Source: Nitrospirota bacterium (GTDB taxonomy: Bacteria; Nitrospirota; Thermodesulfovibrionia; Thermodesulfovibrionales; UBA9159). Taken from it: a stretch of DNA of 64,000 nucleotides. The position numbers were made by a program, and so were the translations under genes. Position 1 is the stretch's first letter. Each line of letters opens with the position of its first letter. The notes beneath the pieces were generated by a model. That model made no database searches. It was given only the letters and a program-made list of their open reading frames with translations, and was not told where the DNA came from. The stretch covers positions 256,001 to 320,000 of the forward strand of contig CAVOUE010000006.1 in the NCBI GenBank assembly GCA_963699545.1, given 5' to 3'. This document shows, piece after piece, positions 10,839 to 22,092 of the stretch.

Positions 10839-12595
10839 ATGCCACAGGCAGCTCAGCAAGCAGCACAGACACGATAGGAACGGCTAACCCGACGGCGATC
10901 ATGTTTTTTGTCGCCTTTGTTATCAGCACCCTTGGGATAACATACTGGGCAGCCAAAAGGACAAGGACTACCAAGGACTTCTACGCCGCAGGCAGGAACA
11001 TCACCGGATTCCAGAACGGTCTTGCACTCGCCGGTGACTATATGAGCGCGGCATCCTTCCTGGGTATTGCCGGAATCGTTTCAACAAAAGGGTATGATGG
11101 TCTCATCTACTCGGTGGGATGGCTCGTGGGATGGCCCATCATCATGTTCCTTATCTCGGAACCCCTCAGGAACCTCGGGAAATATACCTTTGCAGACGTT
11201 GTCTCGTACCGTTTGAACGCGCGACCGATAAGGGCGGCGGCGGCGGCGGGCTCCCTCGCTGTTGTTATCACGTATCTTATTGCCCAGATGGTGGGCGCGG
11301 GAACCCTCATTAAGCTCATGTTCGGTCTGCCCTTTGAGGTTGCCATTGTCATCACAGGCTCCCTCATGATCTCATACGTTCTCTTCGGCGGGATGATCGC
11401 CACCACATGGGTCCAGATCATCAAGGCGTGCTTGCTCCTTGGCGGTGCGACCCTTCTCGTGATCCTGACCCTTTCGCAGTTCGGTTTCAGTTACGCCGAG
11501 CTCTTCAAACAGGCATCCACCGCGACCCCGGTCGGACAAAAGTTCCTTGAGCCGGGAATACTTGTGACCAACCCCGTGGATGCATTCTCCCTGGGTCTCG
11601 CCCTCATGTTCGGCACCGCGGGACTGCCCCACATCCTGATGAGGTTCTTCACTGTTCCCGATGCAAAGGCGGCAAGAAAATCCGTCTTCTATGCAACGGC
11701 CTTCATCGGCTACTTCTACATCCTCACCGTTACCATCGGTTTTGGCGCAGCAGTGCTCGTTGGCCAGAAGGTCATCATGGGTATTGACAAAGGCGGTAAC
11801 ATGGCAGGACCACTCCTGGCAGAGGCCCTCGGAGGAAATCTTTTCCTCGGCTTCCTGTCGGCAGTCGCCTTTGCGACGATCCTTGCCGTTGTTTCCGGAC
11901 TGACCCTCGCGGGAGCGTCTGCTTTTTCGCATGACCTTTTTGTGGGTGTCGTCAGGCGTGGCCAGGCATCGGAGAAGGACGAAGTCAAGGTCGCAAAGAT
12001 CGCTACCGTAGGTCTTGGTGCAACGGCCATACTCCTTGGAGTTCTCTTTAAGGGGCAGAACGTCGCCTTTCTCGTCGGTCTTACCTTTGCCATCGCGGCC
12101 AGCGCTAATTTCCCTGCGCTTATCATGTCGATCCTGTGGAGGAAATTTACCACGGCCGGTGCAGTATCAAGTATTTACGCCGGCCTCGTCGTTTCGGTTC
12201 TGCTCCTGATCCTCGGTCCCACGATCTGGGTCGACATCATCCACAAGAGTGAAGTGGATGCGGTCGCAAAACAGGTGAAGAGCATTGAAGACCCTTTAAA
12301 AGCCAAGGTGACTGACCTCGAAAAACTGAAAGTTCCCGGCCTTGATGCAGCAAAAATGGCAGAGATCGATGCGTCGATAGCTGCAGAAAAGAAAGCTGCT
12401 GAGCCTCAGATCAAGGAGGCAAAAGGCAAAATGCCGCAGCCCATATTCCCGCTTAGGAATCCCGGCATATACTCAATGGCTGCAGCGTTCCTTATGGGTA
12501 TCCTCGTGTCCCTGCTGGCGCCGGACAAGCAAGCAGAGGCAAAGTTTAACGGGGAAAAGGTCAGAGAGTACATAGGCGTAGGAGCGGAAGACTAG
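10839..12595 (+). CDS. actP: Cation/acetate symporter (probable frameshift near 10870)
   Basis: [18 protein letters not shown] and [15 protein letters not shown] motifs; RBS AGGAGG precedes ATG 10839, which is out of frame with ORF 10901..12595. Confidence 0.9.
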
Positions 12596-12624
12596 AAAAC
12601 GCTTATGGGATAGAAAGAGCAGCA

Positions 12625-12670
12625 TGCGGGAGTCAGGATGGGGTTTCCCCGCTTCTGACTCCCGCACTTT
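12625..12670 (+). terminator. Long stem-loop between actP and acs
   Basis: TGCGGGAGTCAG...CTGACTCCCGCA inverted repeat followed by CTTT. Confidence 0.55.
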
Positions 12671-12767
12671 CAGTACGTGATACCAAGCGTCTCACACAGA
12701 GCAAGGACACGAGTGTCACATAGCAGGCGGGACGCAGCTATAAGCAAAAAGAAAAGGAGGAGAGCCT

Positions 12768-14843
12768 GTGAGCAAAAAAGAAAAAGAAGAGAAAGGCATT
12801 GAAACATCAGAGGCCGAAATAGCGGTCCATTGGGGGGAAGAGCAATATTTCTATCCCTCTACGAAGTTTATCGCTCAGGCAAACATGACCGACGAAACGA
12901 TCTATGATCGCTTTTCACTCGAGAATTTTCCGAACTGTTTCAAGGAGTATGCAGACCTTTTGACCTGGTACAAGTATTGGGACGAAACCCTCGATACCAG
13001 TGATGCCCCTTGCTTCAGGTGGTTCAAGGGCGGCCTTATCAATGCGAGCTATAACTGCGTTGACCGGCACTTGAAGGAATACAAAAATAAGACCGCCATC
13101 CATTTTGTTCCGGAACTCGAGAATGAAAAGGTCGAGCATGTGACCTATCAGGAACTCTATGTGAGGGTGAACGAGTTTGCGGCTGTCCTCAAAGATTTCT
13201 GCGGTTTGAAGGCGGGAGACAGGGTAACGCTGCATATGCCGATGGTGGCAGAGCTTCCGATCACTATGCTCGCCTGCGCACGCCTTGGAATCATTCACTC
13301 CCAGGTCTTCGGCGGTTTCAGTGGAAAGGCCTGCGCCGACAGAATAGTTGACTCCAAGAGCCACGTCCTGATAACGATCGATGCGTATTACAGGGGCGGA
13401 CAGCTTATTGATCACAAGGAAAAGGCCGATATTGCTCTTGAGGAAGCGTCCAAAGAGGGGCAGGAGGTTGATAAAGTCCTTGTATGGCAGCGCTATCCCG
13501 GCAAATATTCCGCAAAGACCCCGATGAAGGAGGGTCGCGATTTCTTTGTCAATGACCTCCTGAAAAAATATTATGGAGTGAGGATCGATCCGGTCCCGAT
13601 GCTTTCGGAGGCGCCGCTGTTCCTCATGTACACCAGCGGCACTACCGGAAAGCCAAAAGGCTGTCAGCACAACACCGGCGGTTACCTTGCCTATGTGGCC
13701 GGCACATCCAAGTATGTTCAGGACATCCATCCCACAGATGTTTATTGGTGTATGGCTGACATCGGATGGATCACCGGTCATTCATACATCGTTTACGGAC
13801 CTCTTGCGCTTGCCGCTTCTACGGTAATTTACGAGGGCATTCCGACATATCCTGATGCCGGCAGATGCTGGAGGATTGCACAGGATCTGGATGTGAACAT
13901 CTTCCACACTGCGCCGACCGCCATCCGCGCACTCAGAAAAGTCGGTCCTGATGAGCCTGCAAAATACCATTACCACTTCAAGCACATGACCACGGTGGGG
14001 GAGCCTATCGAGCCGGAAGTCTGGAAGTGGTATTATCACGAAGTCGGCAAGAATGAAGCGGCCATTGTTGACACATGGTGGCAGACGGAGAACGGCGGCT
14101 TCCTCTGCAGCACCCTGCCGGCTATAAAACCGATGAAGCCCGGCAGCGCTGGTCCTGGTGTGCCGGGTATCCATCCGATCGTGTATGACAATGACGGAAA
14201 TGTTGTTCCGACAGGATCAGGTAAGGCGGGAAATATCTGTATACAGAACCCGTGGCCAGGCATGTTCCACACCATCTGGGGAGACCGCGAACGTTTTGTC
14301 AAGCAGTATTTCGAACGGTACTGCAAAGACCCGAAGAGCAAGAGATGGCAGGATTGGCCCTATCTTACGGGTGATGCTGCGGTCGTGGCATCTGACGGCT
14401 ATGTCCGTATCCTCGGCCGGATCGACGATGTTATCAATGTTTCAGGTCACAGACTGGGAACCAAGGAGATTGAATCCGCCGCGCTTACCCACCCTGATGT
14501 CGCGGAAGCGGCCGTTGTACCGGTTAAACATGAGGTCAAGGGAAAGGAGCCTGATCTGTACGTTGCCTTGAAGCCCGGTAAAACGGGAGGAGACGATCTC
14601 GCAAAAGCGATATCAGCGTGCGTCGTCAAGGAGATCGGGGCGATAGCGAGGCCGAGGAAGGTCTGGATCGTGCCTGATATGCCCAAGACCCGCTCGGGAA
14701 AGATCATGCGCAGGGTGCTCGGCGCCATTTCCAACGGCACCGATGTGGGTGATGTTATGACATTGGCAAACCCTGATATTGTCGAGGCTATCACGAAGAT
14801 GGTGCAGGGGAACGAAAAAGAGAAGCTCAAGGATCAGTTCTAG
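12768..14843 (+). CDS. acs: Acetyl-CoA synthetase
   Basis: YTSGTTGKPKG, DTWWQTE, PKTRSGKIMRR motifs; RBS AGGAGG. Confidence 0.96.
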   Translation: MSKKEKEEKGIETSEAEIAVHWGEEQYFYPSTKFIAQANMTDETIYDRFSLENFPNCFKEYADLLTWYKYWDETLDTSDAPCFRWFKGGLINASYNCVDRHLKEYKNKTAIHFVPELENEKVEHVTYQELYVRVNEFAAVLKDFCGLKAGDRVTLHMPMVAELPITMLACARLGIIHSQVFGGFSGKACADRIVDSKSHVLITIDAYYRGGQLIDHKEKADIALEEASKEGQEVDKVLVWQRYPGKYSAKTPMKEGRDFFVNDLLKKYYGVRIDPVPMLSEAPLFLMYTSGTTGKPKGCQHNTGGYLAYVAGTSKYVQDIHPTDVYWCMADIGWITGHSYIVYGPLALAASTVIYEGIPTYPDAGRCWRIAQDLDVNIFHTAPTAIRALRKVGPDEPAKYHYHFKHMTTVGEPIEPEVWKWYYHEVGKNEAAIVDTWWQTENGGFLCSTLPAIKPMKPGSAGPGVPGIHPIVYDNDGNVVPTGSGKAGNICIQNPWPGMFHTIWGDRERFVKQYFERYCKDPKSKRWQDWPYLTGDAAVVASDGYVRILGRIDDVINVSGHRLGTKEIESAALTHPDVAEAAVVPVKHEVKGKEPDLYVALKPGKTGGDDLAKAISACVVKEIGAIARPRKVWIVPDMPKTRSGKIMRRVLGAISNGTDVGDVMTLANPDIVEAITKMVQGNEKEKLKDQF

Positions 14844-14895
14844 ATCAGGAAGCAAAGAACCCCTTGAAGTCAAAGCAAGGGGGTCGTAGCCGGGC

Positions 14896-14934
14896 CGGAG
14901 CAACCTCAAAGCATGGGGTTGCTCCGCATTTTTG
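14896..14934 (+). terminator. Probable intrinsic terminator after acs
   Basis: CGGAGCAACC...GGTTGCTCCG stem followed by CATTTTT. Confidence 0.6.
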
Positions 14935-15025
14935 CTTGAACGGTGTAAGATAAGGGAAGCTTCGGGCAGTTTTGCGACCTGCAGAGGGTCTTCTGAAGAA
15001 AGGACCTGCCCGTTAAGAGATTGCC

Positions 15026-15577
15026 ATGGACAAATTTCTTATACGTAAAGACGATTCTGCCCTTGTGATAGTCGATATACAGGAGCGGCTTGCTGTTGTG
15101 ATGAGCGAGAGAGAGAAGGTCGTCAGGAATACCCTCCATCTCATAGAAGTTGCACAACTTCTCCGTCTTCCCATTCTTGTTACCGAGCAGTATCCAAAGG
15201 GACTCGGTCCCACAGTGCAGGAGATACGAGGAGCCCTTCCCTCCTATGAACCCATAGAGAAACTCACCTTCAGCTGCTGCGGAGAGCCTGTTTTTCTGAA
15301 GACCCTTGCCTCGACGGGAAAGAAAAAGATCATCCTCTGCGGCATGGAAACTCATGTCTGCGTCCTGCAGACCTGCATTGGTTCTTTAAAGGAAGGATAC
15401 ACCGTTCATGTGGTCAGCGACGCCATCTGCTCGCGTTCAAAGGAGAACTTCGAGACAGGAATCGAATTCATGAGGGACGCCGGCGCGGTAATAACGGGCG
15501 CAGAAACCGTCTTGTTCCAGTTACTTGAGAGGGCAGGTACGGAAGAGTTCAAGATCATCTCCAGGAGGATAAGATAG
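15026..15577 (+). CDS. Isochorismatase-family cysteine hydrolase
   Basis: VIVDIQERL, TEQYPKGLGPT, GMETHVCV motifs. Confidence 0.9.
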   Translation: MDKFLIRKDDSALVIVDIQERLAVVMSEREKVVRNTLHLIEVAQLLRLPILVTEQYPKGLGPTVQEIRGALPSYEPIEKLTFSCCGEPVFLKTLASTGKKKIILCGMETHVCVLQTCIGSLKEGYTVHVVSDAICSRSKENFETGIEFMRDAGAVITGAETVLFQLLERAGTEEFKIISRRIR

Positions 15578-15666
15578 ATGGGGAGATTCACCGTGACTTT
15601 TTCCTGCACGGTGAGACTTGCCGGGCTTAAGATGCGGGATGATGCACCAAAAAAGGGGAAGGCATT

Positions 15667-16272
15667 ATGATCACTACTCTTTTGGATGGCAATAAGAAGT
15701 TTGTATCAGAGCAGTTCGAGAAGGAGAAGGAATTTTACGATGCATTATTAAAGGATCAAAAGCCTACGGTGCTTTGGATAGGGTGCTCCGATTCCAGGGT
15801 TGCTGTCAACACTATTACCCATACGAAGCCGGGGGAAGTCTTTGTCCATCGTAATGTAGCCAACATTGTAGCGGCGAATGACTGGAACTTGAGCGCTGTT
15901 CTGGAGTTTTCGATCAACCATCTGAAAATCCCGGATGTGGTTATCTGCGGTCATTATGGGTGCGGCGGAATTCAAGCCCTCGATGAAGAGGACATAGAAG
16001 ACAAGTATATCCCCATCTGGCTCATTAACGCGTTCAAGGCCAAGGAACGGGTGGATGAGAAGTTGAAGGCCTTGCATATCGAAATTCTGCAGGAACAGCG
16101 GATGAAACTCATTGTGGAGGAGAATGTGCGGCTACAGCTTGAGCACCTGCAGGAATACCCTTTTGTCCGCAGGGCGATGAATGAAAAGAAACTGAACCTT
16201 CACGGCTGGGTATATGATATGGCAACCGGAGAGATACGGATTGTGAGGACAGAGCGTCCGCTCAAGGTCTGA
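15667..16272 (+). CDS. can: Beta-class carbonic anhydrase
   Basis: CSDSRV, HRNVAN, CGHYGCGG zinc-ligand motifs. Confidence 0.93.
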   Translation: MITTLLDGNKKFVSEQFEKEKEFYDALLKDQKPTVLWIGCSDSRVAVNTITHTKPGEVFVHRNVANIVAANDWNLSAVLEFSINHLKIPDVVICGHYGCGGIQALDEEDIEDKYIPIWLINAFKAKERVDEKLKALHIEILQEQRMKLIVEENVRLQLEHLQEYPFVRRAMNEKKLNLHGWVYDMATGEIRIVRTERPLKV

Positions 16273-16326
16273 GTCGCTCTCCGTATTTCTCTCTATTTCT
16301 ATAAAGAAGATAAAGGAGAAAAGAAC

Positions 16327-16915
16327 ATGGAGTCGATAGAAAAACTGCTGGAAAAGATGCTGCTTCATTATGAAAAAAAAGAGTATTCCAGCGCCGAGAA
16401 ACTGGCGGATGAACTGCTTGCATCTCAGCCGACCTTTCACAAAGCATGGTTTCTCAAGGGGGTGATCCTTGAGGAGACCGGGAGAACGTCCTGAAGCTGA
16501 AAAAATGTACGAAAAAGCCGGCAATTTGTTTAATATGTGGATCCGTTTGGCATTGCAGCTGCATGAGGTCGATCCTGACCGTGCGATCGAATATTACGAA
16601 CGGGTCCTCCAGTTAGATCGCACTTTTAACCTGGCATTGCTCAACAAAGGACTCCTCTACGAAAAAATGGGCAGGCTGGACGAGGCGCGTTCCTGTTTCA
16701 GGAACCTTTCGCCCGGGAAAGAACTGATCTCCAAGGTGGTGATACCGGCAGGTTTTATGGCCTTGCTGATCGGAAGCGGGCTGATGCTGGTTCATAAAGG
16801 AGACATGATCATCTCAATGTTTTCCTTTGCATCAGCGGTCGTCTGTTTTTTCTGGCTCAAGCGGGATGCGGGCATGGCGATAAAGATGCTCATGAAAAAG
16901 AACAAATACAAATGA
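16327..16915 (+). CDS. TPR-repeat protein with two C-terminal TM helices (frameshift near 16490)
   Basis: RBS AAGGAG + ATG 16327 gives MESIEKLLEK...AWFLKGVILEETGR; continues in ORF 16469..16915 with TPR-like ALLNKGLLYEKMGRLDEA. Confidence 0.7.
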
Positions 16916-17213
16916 AATGGACGGCCGGAGTCTTTGGTTTTCTCATATGCCTTCGGCAAGGCGCCCCTTCGCCTCTCTAGTTCCTCCCATCAGCAAAGAT
17001 TTTCCGGCATGAGCTGGCAAGAAACGGACAATCCCTATTTCTCTTGCAATGCTGAGATACCTGCTTCTTGCCTTTGTAAGACTCCCCGCCATAGCCTCCG
17101 TTTCAATGCCCTGATCGAAACAGCCGCAAAGCAACCGCAAGCCGAATGGCCCGTATCTAATAACGAATTTGCCGGTACTACGCTCTTGCCCACAAAAAGT
17201 GGTAAAATAAAAT

Positions 17214-17750
17214 ATGAAAAGGAACAGCTCCATACAACTGATTTTGCTGGCGATCTTATCTCTGGCCGTGTTCGGCGTTTTCCCCGCTGAAGGAAAATCT
17301 CTGGTCACTGAAGAAGCAACCTCGATAGATGTCCCGGGAACGTTCACGCTAATATTGTATGGAGGAGGACATTCCAGGGATGTGGAGAGTTTAGCCCTCC
17401 TCGACCTTGAAGGTGACCTGTACACTCTTGAACCCTATGCTCCTGAATTCGACTACAGGATCATCAAGGGTCTTTCGGCTAGAGATGCCATCGGGAGGGC
17501 AGAAAGCTTCCTCAGTTCGCGCTATGCCTTCCGGAGAACCGTGTTGAGCAGGATACTCGACAGCAGCGGCAAGACCATCGGATTTGAGGTCAGACCGTTG
17601 TACGACCCTCTCACATTCGGCCTTACTGACGTCCTCGACGTCGATTATGCTCCAAGGAAAGATGGAACAGTGAGGGTCCATATACGTCTCTGGCCTTCTG
17701 TTCAGAGACAGCTTTACGGGGACGATGCTTCTAAGGGTGACGGCCACTAA
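17214..17750 (+). CDS. Hypothetical exported protein
   Basis: 178-aa ORF with signal-peptide-like N-terminus. Confidence 0.65.
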   Translation: MKRNSSIQLILLAILSLAVFGVFPAEGKSLVTEEATSIDVPGTFTLILYGGGHSRDVESLALLDLEGDLYTLEPYAPEFDYRIIKGLSARDAIGRAESFLSSRYAFRRTVLSRILDSSGKTIGFEVRPLYDPLTFGLTDVLDVDYAPRKDGTVRVHIRLWPSVQRQLYGDDASKGDGH

Positions 17751-17911
17751 GATCAACGACTGAAGCCTCTGCCCGCCTTGCGCCGGACGGCCGCAGCCGG
17801 ACTGCGGGCAATTATTTCATGGTATGCCTCATCTTAACTCCTTTGTTTCCTTAAGTGCTATCCTTGTATTCTGTCATCCCAAAGTTTTCCGGGAATGGTA
17901 AAATGGGACAT

Positions 17912-18355
17912 ATGAAGATCGTCTGCCAGAACAAAAAGGCATTTCACGACTACAGCATTGAAGAGACGCTGGAAGCGGGCATTCAGCTTCTGGGGACGGA
18001 GGTGAAGTCTCTCCGGGACGGGAAAGCGAACCTCAAGGACAGTTATGTGTTGGTCAAGAATGCGGAGGCGTTTCTCTTCAATTGTCATATCAGCCCCTAC
18101 TCTCACGGAAACATCATGAACCATGATCCCCTGCGGACGCGAAAACTCCTCCTCCACAGAAAGGAGATAGAGAGGCTGCGGGGAAAGATCCAGCAGAAAG
18201 GCTATACGCTGCTCCCTCTTAAGGTATATTTTAAGGCTTCCCACGCAAAAGTCGAAATAGGCCTGGCAAAGGGAAAGAAAGTCTATGAGAAAAGAGAGAC
18301 GATAAAGGAAAGGGAAGCGAAGCGGACCATCGAGAGGGCGATGAAGAGCCGGTGA
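17912..18355 (+). CDS. smpB: SsrA-binding protein
   Basis: [31 protein letters not shown]; adjacent to tmRNA. Confidence 0.96.
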   Translation: MKIVCQNKKAFHDYSIEETLEAGIQLLGTEVKSLRDGKANLKDSYVLVKNAEAFLFNCHISPYSHGNIMNHDPLRTRKLLLHRKEIERLRGKIQQKGYTLLPLKVYFKASHAKVEIGLAKGKKVYEKRETIKEREAKRTIERAMKSR

Positions 18356-18410
18356 TGCAGGATGTCCGCCTCTCGTGGTATAATAAGTGAAGGCCAAAGG
18401 CCTTTCAGTC

Positions 18411-18756
18411 GGGGGCGAAAGGGCTCGACGGGGGTTATGAGGCTCAGGTGGCATGTCGTGGCTCCATCACCACGCAAAAAGATGGAAACAAACACAAAAG
18501 CCAACAACGAACTGGCACTCGCTGCTTAACTAAAGCAGCACGCTCCTTCGGGATCGCCTGTGTCTTGAAGAAAGCGTCGGAATGCAGGCTGGCCTCGAAT
18601 TGCTCCCCTGGATCTGAGGCGAGATAAAGGGGGATGGGATGATGAAAAGCCTGTCTGTCGGCGCTTCATCATCTGAGATTGAAATGACAGAATACACATG
18701 TAGAAGCCTGAGAGTAGTACTTTCGGACGCGGGTTCGATTCCCGCCGCCTCCACCA
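18411..18756 (+). ncRNA. ssrA: tmRNA; tag reading frame 18500..18529 encodes ANNELALAA*
   Basis: 5' GGGGGCG pairs with 3' CGCCTCC-ACCA including the G.U pair; T-arm GCGGGTTCGATTCCCGC; upstream TGGTATAAT extended -10. Confidence 0.96.
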
Positions 18757-18914
18757 TGACAGGCCTTTTTTATTCCTACTATCGAGAGTCTTGTAGGTCA
18801 GTCCTCCTCTCATCGATGCCCCTGCACTTTTCACCAAGGAAATGCAACCATCAAAGAGGAAGAACGTGCGCGGTGTATTGCAAAAGTCTGTTCAAATATG
18901 GGAAATTATATGTT

Positions 18915-19931
18915 ATGCGAAAATTAATCACTGTCCTGACGGTTCTTGTCATCCTGTCCGTTTCCGGGACAGGACACCCCGTCGAGATGAAGCCGTCCGG
19001 GCAGAGGGACGGGGTGGCCCCGGCGGGTTCTGCAGCGGACGTCACCCTCAGATTCAGCAAACACGAGGGGTTCAGCCGCATCGTTTTTGAAACGGCTGAA
19101 GAACCCTTTATCAAGAACTCCACCGTCACAGCCGAGAAGAACCAGATAAAGGTTCTCTTCCCATCAAGTCTTCATCTCACGACCCAGGGGACCCCTGACA
19201 TGGTGACCTCATTGAAGGGGAACCTCTACACGATAACGGTGAACAGTCCTTTCAGGATCAAGGTTTTGAGGCTATCTTCCCCTCCCCGCCTCTCTATAGA
19301 CATTATGGTTGCCACGAAGGACGAGGGACGCAGGCCTGCTGCTACAGAAGGGACAGTTCCTGTCATCACCGCCAACATACGCGTGGTTCTCGACCCCGGT
19401 CATGGGGGGTACGAGGTCGGAATTGTTTCTGGAGAGCTCAGGGAAAAGGACATCACCTTCTCCCTGGCCAGGTCCCTGGAAGCCGCCCTTCTCAAAAGAA
19501 ACAAGACAGTTTTTCTCACGAGGAAGGCGGACCAGTTCCTGTCAATTACAGACAGGGCCATATTCACAAACCAGAGGTCTCCGGATATCTTCATCAGCAT
19601 TCACCTTTCCACGACGGACAATTTCGTCATCTATACCGCATCGGCGGAGACGGCATCGCCGGACACCACTGGTGAACTGTACGGCCTGATGTCCCGTCAG
19701 AGACGCTATATCGAAAAAAGCAAGGCCCTGGCGGAGGGACTGGGAAACGCCATCAAAGAAGAGTTCAAGAAAGACATCGTCTTCAGAAAGATGGATATTC
19801 CCCTTCTTGCTTCGGTGGGAGCCGCTTCGGTCATGGTGGAACTGCCCGTGACCATTGCCTCGGACCAGTCGGTGAAAACAAGGATCGCAGAAGTCCTGCT
19901 GAAGGGAATCGCCTCTTATGCCGGCCAATAA
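18915..19931 (+). CDS. N-acetylmuramoyl-L-alanine amidase (Amidase_3, exported)
   Basis: Signal peptide from ATG 18915; VLDPGHGG, EKDI, FISIH, VMVE motifs. Confidence 0.88.
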   Translation: MRKLITVLTVLVILSVSGTGHPVEMKPSGQRDGVAPAGSAADVTLRFSKHEGFSRIVFETAEEPFIKNSTVTAEKNQIKVLFPSSLHLTTQGTPDMVTSLKGNLYTITVNSPFRIKVLRLSSPPRLSIDIMVATKDEGRRPAATEGTVPVITANIRVVLDPGHGGYEVGIVSGELREKDITFSLARSLEAALLKRNKTVFLTRKADQFLSITDRAIFTNQRSPDIFISIHLSTTDNFVIYTASAETASPDTTGELYGLMSRQRRYIEKSKALAEGLGNAIKEEFKKDIVFRKMDIPLLASVGAASVMVELPVTIASDQSVKTRIAEVLLKGIASYAGQ

Positions 19932-20484
19932 GAAGAAGATACTGTGGGTCCTGGTTTTCGCCCTCCTTTTTCTGGGGGGGATCGCCGGGGGCTTCTTTTA
20001 CTTTTCACGAAATTTCGGTTTCATGCAGACTGTTAAGACCGTTCCGCAGGAAGTGGGACAGGAAGAGGACACATCCTTTATGAGAATCTATTACCCGTCT
20101 GAAGGCCGCCTCATCATGGAAGAGCGGCGAGTGAAGAGACAGGTCGCCTTAACAGCCGTCGCAGAGGAGATCGCACATGAATTTCTCAAAGGACCCTCCA
20201 ACATGGCAAAATCAGCCGTCCCACCGGGCACGAAGCTGCTCGCGGTCTATTATGGAAGCGACGGCATTCTCTATGTGGACCTTTCCGATGAATTCAGAAG
20301 GAATTTCCAGGGAGACGCATTGAATGAATTCCTGCTTCTCAAGGGACTCTATGACAGCATCATTTCGAACGTTACCGGGGTCGACGATGTAAAGGTCATT
20401 ATTGAAGGAAAAGAAATAGAGAGCATCGGCGGCCATTTTCTTGCCCTCTATCCCCTGAAGAATATGCTTGCGGAGGTCAAGTAG
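19918..20484 (+). CDS. GerMN-domain membrane-anchored protein
   Basis: N-terminal TM; LKGP, PPGTKLL, LYVDLS, IEGKEIESIGGH; amidase-GerMN-murI-rph synteny. Confidence 0.85.
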   Translation: MPANKKKILWVLVFALLFLGGIAGGFFYFSRNFGFMQTVKTVPQEVGQEEDTSFMRIYYPSEGRLIMEERRVKRQVALTAVAEEIAHEFLKGPSNMAKSAVPPGTKLLAVYYGSDGILYVDLSDEFRRNFQGDALNEFLLLKGLYDSIISNVTGVDDVKVIIEGKEIESIGGHFLALYPLKNMLAEVK

Positions 20485-20487
20485 CCT

Positions 20488-21306
20488 GTGAATGACCGGC
20501 CCATCGGAGTATTTGATTCAGGGATAGGCGGGCTCACCGTTCTCAAGGAGATGATCAGGGAATTGCCGTGGGAGAGCACTGTGTATCTTGGAGATACGGC
20601 CAGGGTCCCCTACGGGATACGGTCTGCTGAGACCGTGACACGCTATTCCTTCGAGAACACCGGGTTCCTTGTGACCGAGGGAATAAAACTCTTGGTGGTC
20701 GCCTGCAATACCGCGTCCGCAGTGAGTCTTGACGCCATAAAAGAGAAGGTCTCCATCCCGGTTATCGGGGTTATAGAGCCCGGGGCGAAAGGTGCGGTCA
20801 CAGCCACGAGAAACAAGAGGGTCGGCGTCATCGGCACGGAAGCCACCGTGCACAGTAACGCATATGCGAGAATCATAAAAGCCATTGACCATGGGGTAGA
20901 GGTTTTCAGCCTCCCCTGTCCGCTCTTTGTCCCCCTGGCTGAAGAGGGTCTGACCGACGACGATATCGCCACCCTTGTGGCCCGGAGATATCTGGGAGAT
21001 TTGAAGGACAAAGGGATCGATACTTTGGTTCTCGGCTGCACCCATTATCCTCTGCTCAAGGGCGTCATTTCTCAGGTCATGGGTCGCGGCATCGTGCTTA
21101 TCGATTCCGCCATAGAGACCGTCAGGGAGATAAAAAAGACGTTGTGTGAACACGCCATAGAAGGAAGTCACAACGGCGAGGGAGCTGCCGCGCCATTTCG
21201 GAGATTCTACGTAACGGACTCAACTGATCGGTTCGTCAGGGTCGGTGAGCGGTTCCTGGGCCGGAGGATCGAACAGATAGAAAAAATAAATGTGGGAGGC
21301 AACTGA
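20488..21306 (+). CDS. murI: Glutamate racemase
   Basis: [24 protein letters not shown]. Confidence 0.96.
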   Translation: MNDRPIGVFDSGIGGLTVLKEMIRELPWESTVYLGDTARVPYGIRSAETVTRYSFENTGFLVTEGIKLLVVACNTASAVSLDAIKEKVSIPVIGVIEPGAKGAVTATRNKRVGVIGTEATVHSNAYARIIKAIDHGVEVFSLPCPLFVPLAEEGLTDDDIATLVARRYLGDLKDKGIDTLVLGCTHYPLLKGVISQVMGRGIVLIDSAIETVREIKKTLCEHAIEGSHNGEGAAAPFRRFYVTDSTDRFVRVGERFLGRRIEQIEKINVGGN

Positions 21307-22040
21307 TGAGGCAGGACGGCAGAAAGAGCGACCAGTTGAGAGCGGTAAGGATAACGCGGAATTTTTTGAAAACCGCAGAGGGTTCGGTGCTGATAGAGAT
21401 GGGTGATACGAAAGTCCTGTGCTCTGCCACCATCGAAGAAAGGGTCCCGCCCTTCCTGAAGGATCAGAAGAAGGGATGGGTCACCGCCGAGTACGGCATG
21501 CTTCCCCGTTCAACACAGACGAGGATGATGAGAGAGTCGGTTACGGGCAAGATCGGGGGTCGGACCCACGAGATCCAGAGGCTCATAGGAAGAGCCCTCA
21601 GGTCGGTGACCAATCTGGAAGGTCTGGGAGAGCGGACCGTATGGATAGACTGTGATGTGATACAGGCTGACGGCGGAACAAGGACAGCCTCCATCACGGG
21701 CGCATTCCTCTGCATGGCGGACGCGCTCAACCACGCCATAAGGAACGGGATGATAGAGAAGATGCCCCTCACCAACCACCTTGCGGCGGTCAGTGTCGGC
21801 ATCGTGAACGGCGAACCGCTCCTTGACCTCTGCTATGCAGAGGATTCGGCGGCGGAGGTGGATATGAACGTTGTCATGACCGGCAACGGACACTTTGTGG
21901 AGGTCCAGGGCACCGCCGAAAAGGTTCCTTTTTCGAAGAAAGGCCTCGAAAGCCTCCTGGGCCTGGCGGAGGACGGGATCATGAAACTGATCTCGATCCA
22001 GAAAGAACACCTGAGTAAAGAGTCTCTTTTCAGCTTTTGA
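21306..22040 (+). CDS. rph: Ribonuclease PH
   Basis: [33 protein letters not shown]. Confidence 0.96.
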   Translation: MRQDGRKSDQLRAVRITRNFLKTAEGSVLIEMGDTKVLCSATIEERVPPFLKDQKKGWVTAEYGMLPRSTQTRMMRESVTGKIGGRTHEIQRLIGRALRSVTNLEGLGERTVWIDCDVIQADGGTRTASITGAFLCMADALNHAIRNGMIEKMPLTNHLAAVSVGIVNGEPLLDLCYAEDSAAEVDMNVVMTGNGHFVEVQGTAEKVPFSKKGLESLLGLAEDGIMKLISIQKEHLSKESLFSF

Positions 22041-22092
22041 CCCTTTTCTAAAAAACAGCGGTATGGTACAATGAAAAACGGAGGTCTGCACA

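Noticed and set aside
18639-18914. N-terminal extension of the amidase ORF overlapping tmRNA
   Set aside because: Overlaps ssrA; the signal peptide begins at ATG 18915.
18700-18920. Island or prophage integrated at the tmRNA 3' end
   Set aside because: No integrase or duplicated ssrA 3' end seen; housekeeping genes follow directly.
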